From a virus: a DNA stretch of 64,000 bases. Below are positions 8,751 through 17,337 of the stretch, one piece after another (the first letter of the stretch is position 1; every line of letters starts with the position of its first letter). The translations under genes were made by a program, and so were the position numbers. The stretch lies in the IMG/VR virus record IMGVR_UViG_3300012944_000025, positions 25,581 to 89,580 of that record. One strand, given 5' to 3'. The notes beneath the pieces are model-generated. The model did not search any database, was not told the origin of the DNA, and was given only the letters and a program-made list of their open reading frames with translations.

Positions 8751-9124
8751 TTGGAATCCTCCAACCATTTCATCCGACGTGTGAACAGCCTGTCCTTCGC
8801 AGCCGGCGACAGCCCCTCCATGCAGGGTCCGCCGGCCCTCATGTCCGAGAAGAAGTTCTCCTCGATCTGCGACCACAGCTCGAGGTAGGTCCAGCCCTCC
8901 TCGCAGCCGAAGTGATTCCGGATCTCGACGCACGACAAGCACGTCTTGAACTCCGACCACGACCCGTCCCACAGGCCCTTGACGTGCTCGTACTTCGTAC
9001 CCTTGGGGATCGTCTCGTTACACTCGGTACAGCGATGGTCCTTGGCCGCCTTGCGCGTGTGCACGTTGCTCACCGACGGGTGGTCGCCGTGCTCGCTGCT
9101 GAGGGGGCAGCACGTGAATGTCAC
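8747..9124 (-). CDS. Phage zinc-binding protein
   Basis: RKAAKDHRCTEC...IPKGTKYE...KTCLSC, a pattern common in small phage proteins. Confidence 0.6.
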   Translation of the reverse strand: MTFTCCPLSSEHGDHPSVSNVHTRKAAKDHRCTECNETIPKGTKYEHVKGLWDGSWSEFKTCLSCVEIRNHFGCEEGWTYLELWSQIEENFFSDMRAGGPCMEGLSPAAKDRLFTRRMKWLEDSK

Positions 9125-9513
9125 GCGTCCTCGAGCGCGACGTCGTACTCGTCGTCGTCCCAGTGCGCGGATTCGCCGCAGCGCGGGCACGTCCAGAACC
9201 AGTCCGGACGGTTCAGCTGACGCAAGTACTGCTCCTCGGTGAGGAACTGCTGGCCGTGATCGTCGCAGAGCACCGCGAACGGCGTGCGCCGGGCCACCAG
9301 GCACGACATGCAATCGACGGGATCGTCGGTGGTCGGTCCGGTTCCGTCGGGGGCGAGTCGCGCGCGGACCACGCGGAAGCCCATCGCGGCGAGGTTCACG
9401 CCCGGCGGCTCGTCGAACACGATGACGCCGCACGCCGTGGTCGCCGTCCGCCAGACGCGGACGTCGTGCACCAGGCCGTCGACGCAGCGCACGTTCGCCC
9501 GGTGCGCCGTCAC
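9121..9513 (-). CDS. H-C-CxxC zinc-finger family protein fused to a C-terminal CxxH...CPRC module
   Basis: DGLVH...TACG...VDCMSCLV...CDDH...TCPRCG. Confidence 0.6.
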   Translation of the reverse strand: MTAHRANVRCVDGLVHDVRVWRTATTACGVIVFDEPPGVNLAAMGFRVVRARLAPDGTGPTTDDPVDCMSCLVARRTPFAVLCDDHGQQFLTEEQYLRQLNRPDWFWTCPRCGESAHWDDDEYDVALEDA

Positions 9514-10253
9514 TCGGTGATCCCCTTGGCAGCGAGGTAGTCCTTCTGCGGGATGTACGCGCCGGTGGCCTTGTCCCGGAACCCCCACCCACCGGTCTTG
9601 CGTCCCGCCACGAACAGCGACCAGCTGCCCACGGCGGGGTTCAGCAGGTCCACGCGGTGGAAGTCGTCCCCGCGGATGACGTTGACGGTTCCGGGCATCA
9701 CCACCCGCGTCTCCCCGCCCCGCTCCTCGCGATACCCGCCGGCCAGGACGATCGCCACGGCCAGGTCCCATGGGTGGTTGTGCTGATCGCGATCGGCGTC
9801 CCCGCGGTGGAACTTGTGTAGGAACACAGCGAACGGGAGATCGCTGCCCTCGTCGTCGACGTCGCGCGGTCCCTCGGGCCACAGGTACCATCGCGTGAGG
9901 TACGGATCTCCGTTGGTCGAGATCGTCCGGTTGGGTAGCTTCTCGGTGACCGCCTCGAGCTTGCGAACCACGGTGATCTCGTCGTGCGCGATCAGCCCGA
10001 GTAGCCCTGCGACCCGGTTCGAGGCGAGGACCAGAAGCTCGGCGGCCGAGGACGGCATGGCCTCCTCGATGGCCGCGAGGCGCTGTTGCAGCGCGGGAAC
10101 GTTGACCACGCCGTCCTCGACCGAGCCGTTGGCGATTATCGTTTCAAGGTTGTCGATTCGGCGCTCGAGGACTCGGAGGTCTCGTTCGCGGTCGCTCTTG
10201 ACGAGTTCAAACGCCAATTTCAGGCGCTCGTGGTCCCGTTTCAATGCGTCCAT
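9510..10253 (-). CDS. Coiled-coil plus cupin-like (metal-binding) phage protein
   Basis: PYLTRWYL...FLHKF...D.D...HNHPW...GGYREE...FHRV...WSLF...WGF. Confidence 0.7.
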   Translation of the reverse strand: MDALKRDHERLKLAFELVKSDRERDLRVLERRIDNLETIIANGSVEDGVVNVPALQQRLAAIEEAMPSSAAELLVLASNRVAGLLGLIAHDEITVVRKLEAVTEKLPNRTISTNGDPYLTRWYLWPEGPRDVDDEGSDLPFAVFLHKFHRGDADRDQHNHPWDLAVAIVLAGGYREERGGETRVVMPGTVNVIRGDDFHRVDLLNPAVGSWSLFVAGRKTGGWGFRDKATGAYIPQKDYLAAKGITE

Positions 10254-10254
10254 C

Positions 10255-11710
10255 TCATGCCAGCTCACGTGTCCTTGCCTTTCTCGCGCGGTGCCGCGCG
10301 TATGAAATTCCTGCGATGACAGGCCAGACGGGCCACGCCGCGCAGCCGAGCGCGACACGCCACCATGGGCCGGTCTTGCGCATCAGTCCGCCGAGCGCCG
10401 CGGTGATGGCCGCCCATACGACCACGATCGTCACCGCAACCTCACGTACAACCCCATCCTGTGGGCGCCATCGTGTCCCTTCGGCAGCTCGCAATACGAG
10501 TCCTCGCAGTGAGGTGGCTTGATGGTCTCGGCCAGGCCTGACCCGCCGCAAGCCTGACACGATTGCCAGCCATGCCCCCATCCGACGAAGGTCATCCCAA
10601 CGGGATGATTCACCTCCTCAGTGTCCGGCGCGCACGATGGGCACAGCTCTCGTCCGGCGCCGTCGAGAGTGATCTTGCTCATGGGTCGATCTTCCAGTGC
10701 CCGACGGCAACGCCATCCTGGCCTCGAATGTCGCCCTCCTTGGTCTCGATCGAGATGAACTTGTTGTGCCCGACGGACAGCAGGTACAGGTACAGCGCGA
10801 CGAGCTTGCGCCCCTTCTCGTCGTCGACGACATCAGGGATGTCGATAACCGCGGTCAGGCGCACGTCTTCCTCGCCTTCTTGCGCCGGGGTGTCCGGGCG
10901 AGCGTCCGGGCCGTGGCCTCGGCTCGCTCCCGTTCCTCGGTCGCGAGCCGCTCCTGGTGGAGTTTGTGGTACTTCATGAAGTCACTCCTGACGCGGTTCA
11001 GGTCCTCCACCTGGCCGGTGAAGGTGCTGAGGACGTACCAAGACCGGCCGGGCATCAGCGGGTGACTGCCGTACTGCAGGCGGCAGAACCGGATCTGAAT
11101 GGCCTTGGCCTCCTCGATGGTGTCGACGCTGAACACGGGCAGCGCCCTGCCGTTGAACACCTTCTCCTTGGTGACGGTGTCCCGATAGGTCACCGTGCCG
11201 TCCGCGCAGACGTGGATCATGTAGCGCCGCTTGAACGCGGCGTTGATTTCCTCGTTGGTTATGGTCATTTGACCCCGCTGCATCGCGGGCATCGCAGCTT
11301 GTCCTTCGGGCGGGCGGTCAACGTCCAGCCGTGAGGCAGCGCGTCCTCTTCGATGGTGAAGGTTGCCAGCGTACGCCCCAGTCCTTGGGATTCGTAGCTG
11401 TTGTACCGAGCCGTCGCCGGTAGGATCACCGACTGCGTCTCCTTGCACTCGTCGCAGCGCAGCGTGCACGGTATCTCGAGCATCCTCGTTCTCCTCCGGT
11501 CGACAGGTTACCCGACAGCTAGCCGTGCAGCCCGTTGCGCACGCGCTGGATGCGAACGAGCGCGTTGCTGTACGCTTTCTTGTCCGTCTCGTCCGCCTGC
11601 TTGTTTTGACCGAGCTTGTGGATTCGCTCCTCCGCCTGTGACAGCACCTCGCTGACCTTGGTTAGGCATTCGCTAAGCTCGATGTCGATGAAACCTTCAG
11701 CCCTGCTCAT
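10255..11710 (-). other. Run of small hypothetical CDSs (10255-10434 membrane, 10431-10682, 10679-10864, 10855-11268, 11265-11483 Zn ribbon, 11519-11710)
   Basis: Mostly overlapping start/stop codons; CxxC pairs in some. Confidence 0.5.
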
Positions 11711-11922
11711 GTGTTGTCGCTTTCTTGCCGTACGAGGCAGGTCATGCAATCGACATCGGCGCTGCGGGGACGGTCCTTGTCGTCCCAGCAGCTCCGCAAC
11801 CGACGACTGGCCCCGCAGGGAGCCCGCGCCGTGTACCAGCCGGCGTGGCGGTTGTCGCGACGCTGGTCGGAAAGGGGTAACCAGGCATGCGTGATGCCCG
11901 TCTTGTCGCGCCACGCGCTCAC
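11707..11922 (-). CDS. H-C-CxxC zinc-finger family protein
   Basis: DKTGITH...APCG...VDCMTCLV. Confidence 0.7.
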   Translation of the reverse strand: MSAWRDKTGITHAWLPLSDQRRDNRHAGWYTARAPCGASRRLRSCWDDKDRPRSADVDCMTCLVRQESDNT

Positions 11923-12069
11923 GGCGGCCTCCGGCAGCTGACGACCATCGATCCGCCGATCGTGACTGGCCGCATATCACCACAAAGCGGGACGGACCTC
12001 GGTCTCGAAGGTCGCACGATCGCCGCGCCACCCGCGATCGCAACCAACAGAAGGACTACTAGACCCGCG

Positions 12070-12977
12070 TTAGTCGGCGGCGGGGGTCTCATTGGGCATG
12101 ACCTCGACGCCGGCAATGATCTCCGCGATGACGCCCATGATCGCCTCGAAGGCTTCACTGCCGGGCGTCTGCCACTCCTTGGCGTCCCAGACGGTGACCT
12201 CGACCCATGGCAGAGTCAGGTTCTTCCGATGAAGCAGGTTGACCTGCTCCATCAGCGGGCGCTCCTCTGTCGGCATCCAGTCGACCGACACGCGGTTTGT
12301 TTCGGTCTCGATGACAACGAACGCAGTGCCGTCCTTGAAGTTCGCTCTGGTCGGCCCCGGCACCTTGGCGAACTTCGCTGTGCACTCGGTCACCATCGTG
12401 AGCGCCCGGTTGACCGCTTTGAGCACGATCTTCGCCTCGTTCCCTGGGATCTTGGTGAGGTGGTGCTTCGCGGGCACAAGGATGTTCGGCAGACTGTGGA
12501 ACATGCCCACCGCGACCTCGTGCGCGGTCTTGGGGATCCACTCCTCGACGGTGCCGTCGGCGGGCTCTTCTTTCTTGCTCATGATTCTCCTTTCAGCGCG
12601 GCTATCAGAGCGTCCGCGCGGGCGAGCGCGCCCTCGCGCTGTGTGATGAGATCGTCGATCTGGCTCGCTACGCTGGCGAGCAGCCGCTCGACGCTCAGCT
12701 GCGCGAACACCTCCGTGCGTCGCTCGCGTGAGCACGACGCGAGCACCACTTCGCCCGCGTCGCTCTCGACGATCAGTCGCCACTGCCCTCCGGTCTTGCC
12801 GAACACCAGCTTCTCGTTGTCGGTCAGGCCGACGGAGACGCGCACGCTGATGTGCAGGCGGAGGGCCTCCTCGATCTCGCCGATCAGCGTCGAGAGCTTC
12901 GAGTCCAACTCCTGAATTCTCCTGTTCTTCGATCCGACCGCGGCCAACACGTCGGGAAGTTTGGCGTTATCTGGCAT
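12070..12977 (-). other. Two hypothetical CDSs (12070-12582; 12579-12977 coiled-coil)
   Basis: SD-like AAGGA elements and an ATGA overlap. Confidence 0.55.
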
Positions 12978-12980
12978 GCT

Positions 12981-13004
12981 TATCCTTCGAGCGCCTCGCG
13001 CTCC
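12981..13004. repeat. Direct repeat, copy 1 (TATCCTTCGAGCGCCTCGCGCTCC)
   Basis: 23/24 identical to 13245-13268, the 3' end of the mazG-like gene; flanks the peptide precursor gene. Confidence 0.85.
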
Positions 13005-13009
13005 GCGCC

Positions 13010-13231
13010 TTACGGAGTCTGTCCCGTCGGTGGGACGACGGTCGCGGTGCCGCAGGTGTCCGTGTCATTGCAGGTCGCGCTGGCGCAGCCGACCGTGCAG
13101 TTGCGCCGCGTCACGCAACCGATGCTTGCCGGGCAACCAGCGACGGAACCTCCGCCGACGCGGGCGAGCTGCACGCTCCCGAGGTGAAGAATCGTCTCAC
13201 GCGCCAACACCAGACGTTTTGACTTGATCAT
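13010..13231 (-). CDS. RiPP (lanthipeptide-like) precursor peptide with double-glycine leader
   Basis: Leader KRLVLARETILHL...QLARVGG, then a core with 6 Cys, 9 Thr and 3 Ser. Confidence 0.72.
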   Translation of the reverse strand: MIKSKRLVLARETILHLGSVQLARVGGGSVAGCPASIGCVTRRNCTVGCASATCNDTDTCGTATVVPPTGQTP

Positions 13232-13243
13232 GTTGCTTCGTTC

Positions 13244-13630
13244 CTATCCTTCGAGCGCCTTGCGCTCCTCTTCCAGGTTGCGATTGAGGGCCTTGTGCGA
13301 GTCGAACTTGTCGCCGTACCGCACCTTGAGCTTCGCGATGTTCCGCTCGTGCGCCTCGGAGATGGAGCGCTTGATCGCGTGAAGCATCACGGCCTGGTAC
13401 CAGGACAGGTCCCCGTTCTCCTCGAGGATGTTGACCTCGTCGAGCGCCTTGCCGTAGATGATGTGCTTCTTCAGCGCGTCGGCCAGCTCGCCGACCTCGC
13501 TCGACATGCCGAGCACGGCGTGGATCAGACGGGCGACGACGACGTCGTGATCATGATCCCCTCCGAGCCTGACGAAGTCCGGGGTACTTTCGGTGCGCAG
13601 GGCGTCCTCTTGGTACTGGTTGTCGTTCAT
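13244..13630 (-). CDS. MazG-like nucleotide pyrophosphohydrolase
   Basis: LIHAVLGMSSEVGELADALKK...EENGDLSWY...NIAKLKVRY. Confidence 0.88.
   Translation of the reverse strand: MNDNQYQEDALRTESTPDFVRLGGDHDHDVVVARLIHAVLGMSSEVGELADALKKHIIYGKALDEVNILEENGDLSWYQAVMLHAIKRSISEAHERNIAKLKVRYGDKFDSHKALNRNLEEERKALEG
13245..13268. repeat. Direct repeat, copy 2 (TATCCTTCGAGCGCCTTGCGCTCC)
   Basis: Encodes the ERKALEG end of MazG; matches 12981-13004. Confidence 0.85.
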
Positions 13631-13634
13631 GCGA

Positions 13635-13651
13635 TGTTTATCCCATGAGCA
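13635..13651. promoter_or_regulatory. Palindromic operator-like site TGTTTA-N5-TGAGCA
   Basis: Directly upstream of the mazG ATG; matches the consensus. Confidence 0.55.
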
Positions 13652-13678
13652 AAGCACCCCGTCACATGCTTATGCCAA

Positions 13679-15594
13679 CTATTCGAGGTCGTCCTCGGGT
13701 CCGAGCGGGCCCTGGTTGTGGCGATGCGCAGCTCGCGTCGCGGCTGCCATCGCATCGTTGGTCTGCCGGGTCAGCTTGCTGACGTGCGCCTGCAGCTCGG
13801 ACATGCTGGTTCTCGCGGCGTCGAGGTTTGCCTTGGCGATCGCGTTGCGCCGATCGTCGGCGTACCTCGCGTCCGTCCAGTCCCGGATTAGCTCGAGCAT
13901 GCCGATCACCTGGACCTGATCGAGCACGTGCCCGCCGCGGACGCGCTTGACCAGTCCGTCGATGAACTGGCTCCTGCCGGTGTTCAAGGCGATCGCGACC
14001 TCCCCAGGGACCGCATAGGTCACGGGGCTGTCGGACACGGTCGGCGTCTCAGTCTTCTCCTGCTTCTTCCTGCTCATCTCTTGTCGTCGACTTTCCGCGG
14101 GGAACCCGCGTTGGTTATTTCGATGTCCATCGGGCGAGGATCAGCTGTTCGAACGCCTTGGCGGTCGCTGGGTCCGCGCCCGCGTCGCGCAACATGCGCT
14201 TGATCTCGGCACGCGGCACGCCGTTGGGGTTGTCGTAAAGCTGGTGGAATTTCTCGTTCCATCCGACGAGCGGCTCGTACGTCAGGCTTGCCTTCACGCG
14301 CTTCTCGCACTCGCCCTTGCACTCGTCGCAGAGCGCCATCGCGCCCTTGCGGCCGTCGGGACCGGCTTCGACCTCGCGGGCGTACCAGGTCGGCTTCTTG
14401 GTGCAGCGGCCCCACTTCCCGCCGACGTCACCGCCCATGACCCAGGGGTTGTACGCTGACTTGATGTCGGCCTGGCACCGCTCGTGGTCGACGGGCTCGA
14501 GGGGCTTGGCCTTCTTGTCGTTCTTCGTCACTTGGTCTCCTCGTACGCGCGAAGCGCGGTCCACGCCGCAGCCTCAACGCCCTCCTGCGAGCCACCCAGC
14601 CGGCTGAGGGCTCGGAAGATCGCGAGCCATCGGCGGTTTCTCCGTGTGTTCTCCAGGCCCAGTTCCGGGACCAGCAGCTCAGGCATCGTCCATGTCCGAC
14701 GCTCCGATCGTCTCCTCCATCGTCCCCTCGTGCAGCTCATCGCCCTTGCCGCACTCGCAGGTCACCTTGTAGGTGAGGCTCGCGCCGAGGCGGGGCCGCT
14801 TGCCGCCCTCCTCGACCTGCTCGGGATCGTCACAGGTCGCGGTCAGCTCGCAGCCCTCCTTCCAGGTCCAGCCGCCGCCCTTCTTCTCGACGAGGTGCGC
14901 CTCGAGCTTGTCGTGATCAAGGGTGAACTCCTCCGACATCTCGAGCGACGCTTCCTTCATGGTCTCGCCGCAGCACTCGCTGTTCCGAGTAATCTGCACG
15001 GTCGCGTGGACGTTCCCAGTGACGGTTCCATCCTCCAGCACGAGGTCGAGGTGCTCGACCTCGAACGACTCCTCCTCGGGCTCCTGGAACTCCAGCGACG
15101 CGAACTTGTTGCAGCCGGGGCACTTGTTGGCCATCAGGCTTCCTTGTCGGGCTCGGGGTTGACCGCCGCCTTGTACGCCTCGCGCTCCTCCTTGGTGAGC
15201 GCGCTGAATGCCGGCGCGGCGATGCCGCTTCGGGCTCCATGCTCCGCGGCGCACAACGCGAACACCAGTGCGGCCTTCTCGAGGTCGTCGACCGCGGCGT
15301 CGTGGTTGGGCTTGTTCTTCGGCGTGTTCTTGGTGTGCGCGTGCTTGTGCGACGCGGCGCGCAGGGCTCGCCGCGCTGCCTGCAGGCGGAAGTACGGATC
15401 ATCGAGCTTCATGTCTTGCCCTTTCTGTGCTTGCTTCGGGCTCGAATCGCCGCGACGCGCTCTCCGATGTAGGCCACCGCGTTGAGTGAGCCGATCTTCG
15501 ACGGGTCGCGGCCGTCGCTCCAGTCCGTGTCGAGATAGGTGTCTATCGCCTCGACGAGGTGCTTGGGCAGGCGAATGGTCACGGTGTTGGGCAT
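13679..15594 (-). other. Run of hypothetical CDSs (13679-14077, 14115-14531, 14679-15134, 15134-15412, 15409-15594 possible RHH)
   Basis: Packed ORFs with Cys motifs; TVTIRLPKHLVEAID is RHH-like. Confidence 0.5.
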
Positions 15595-15595
15595 G

Positions 15596-15970
15596 TCATT
15601 CCTCCATGTCCCGAATGAACGGCCCGTGCTGCGCCTCGGTCCAGAAGCCGAGCCTTCGTCCGCCTTCGACGACGAACTCGACGCGTTGGCCCCTTCCGGA
15701 CTTCCGTGCCTTGGCGCTTACGACACGGGCCGCGAGCATCTCGGTTCTTCCGCCCACAGCGTCGATCTGGAACACGCGCAAGATGTACTCCCCGACGGTC
15801 TCCGCCCCCACCACCTCTATGGTGATTGGCGCCAGGCCATCAAGCACGAACAAGCTTTCCTTCAGTTCGACACCGACAAACCACACGCAGGTCGCGACTG
15901 TCTCCTGAATGGCGTTGATGGTCATCGGCGGGCCGCCGCTCTTCAGACGTACGGAATCGCCGGGCTTCAC
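15596..15970 (-). CDS. YodC/DUF2158-like N-terminal domain protein
   Basis: KPGDSVRLKSGGPPMTI...CVWF. Confidence 0.7.
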   Translation of the reverse strand: MKPGDSVRLKSGGPPMTINAIQETVATCVWFVGVELKESLFVLDGLAPITIEVVGAETVGEYILRVFQIDAVGGRTEMLAARVVSAKARKSGRGQRVEFVVEGGRRLGFWTEAQHGPFIRDMEE

Positions 15971-16175
15971 GAGGATGCCTTGTATTCGATCGTATCAGGA
16001 GCCACGACCATCGTGTATTCACCCGGACCGAGGCTTGTCGGGCGAACACGAAGGTCGTGACCGACCTGCCCTTCGTCTTTTCGACGCGTCGGGCCGTAAA
16101 CCCAGACTTCGACCAAGTCCCTAGTGTTGCCAGGGCCGATGCTACGAATCCAGTTTGCAAGTCTAGGTTTGTTGC

Positions 16176-16946
16176 TCATTGTCGCTTTCCTTGCAGCTGA
16201 ATCAACGGAGGCCCCGCAACTCTCTTCTCTGAAGAGAAGCAGAACCTGCACGCCGCGCACGCGCCTTCGTGCTCGGCGCCGTCGCGGGCGGTGGCCGGGC
16301 AGGCGCGCGGCTCAGGATCCCACTGCGCCCGCCTGGACATCTTGTGCTCCTCGAACACGACGGACACCCAGCGCGGGACCTTGTCCTCCGGGCTCCTGCG
16401 CGCCCACGCCGCATAGAACTGCGGCCTGTTCTTCAGGACGAGCAGCCGTGTGGCCTCGGTGTTCGTCCGTGTCGTCGTGGAGTCCAAGCTGAGCATGACG
16501 TGCAGGTTCGGTAGGTTTGGTAACAAACCTGCCAGCTCGAGCTTCCGGGTCGCCACCCACACGGCCAACTCCGGGAACTCGACGGCGATGCACGTCGTGA
16601 AGAACACCGATCCCGGTTGGAGGTCGCCGACGCCGAACATCCGTACGAAGTTCTGTTTTTTCAAAACAGCTCTGGCGATGCGCCGGGCCTCGTGCCGGAG
16701 TACGGCCTTGTCGGCGGACGCGAAGAACGCCGCGTTGCGCGCCTGCGACGCGAGGGCCGCGTCGTACGTCAGGCGACCGAGGAGGCCGTAGCAGTACTCG
16801 GCGCAACCCTTGGTCGGCCTGCACGTCCGCGCGATGGCGACGTTGATCGAGCAGCCGGTCTTGGAGTTGGTGGAGAGGGACACCTCGAACGCGTCGGCGA
16901 GACCGAGCCGCGGCGTTCGACCGCGGATGACGGACAGACGGCTCAT
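16176..16946 (-). CDS. GP88-like (radical-SAM-related Fe-S) phage protein
   Basis: NSKT...TCRPTKGCAEYCY Cys triad; VRMFGVGD; C-terminal CP...CAACRFC. Confidence 0.6.
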   Translation of the reverse strand: MSRLSVIRGRTPRLGLADAFEVSLSTNSKTGCSINVAIARTCRPTKGCAEYCYGLLGRLTYDAALASQARNAAFFASADKAVLRHEARRIARAVLKKQNFVRMFGVGDLQPGSVFFTTCIAVEFPELAVWVATRKLELAGLLPNLPNLHVMLSLDSTTTRTNTEATRLLVLKNRPQFYAAWARRSPEDKVPRWVSVVFEEHKMSRRAQWDPEPRACPATARDGAEHEGACAACRFCFSSEKRVAGPPLIQLQGKRQ

Positions 16947-17136
16947 TGCACCGGCTCCCGGGTCACGATGTACGCCGTGCAGCTGGACACGATGTTCACG
17001 GCGAAGATTTCCTCCTTCCCTGCCTCCTCGATGCTCGCGAGCTTCTCGGCGAGGTTGAGGTGCATGATGTTGCCACTGTCATAGCCGACGGTTCCAACGG
17101 GCTTGCCTGATACGTCGTAGGTTCGCCACTTGAATT

Positions 17137-17337
17137 TCATCGAAAGACCAATTGCCGGACCTGTCCTTTTTTGTTCTCAACCAAAACCGAACCGCCTGAT
17201 TCCTTTACTTCCTGTAGGTACATTTCTGTACCAATACCCTGACGAATTACTTCGGTCATGGTGATGCTCCGCTTGGAAGCCAATCGCTTCAGTGTCCTGA
17301 AGGTTTCAATATCGATGTTGAACGTAAGTTTGGTCAT
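17137..17337 (-). CDS. Ribbon-helix-helix (CopG-like) DNA-binding protein, low GC
   Basis: KLTFNIDIETFRTLKRLASKRSITMTEVIRQGI. Confidence 0.7.
   Translation of the reverse strand: MTKLTFNIDIETFRTLKRLASKRSITMTEVIRQGIGTEMYLQEVKESGGSVLVENKKGQVRQLVFR

Noticed and set aside
640-11760. Recurring DNA word GTCGACTGCATGAC/GTGCCT considered as an integron-like att site or dispersed CRISPR-like repeat
   Set aside because: Variation is concentrated at synonymous codon positions and the word is always in frame as DCMxCL. Spacing is irregular. Protein-level conservation explains it, although it could still seed recombination.
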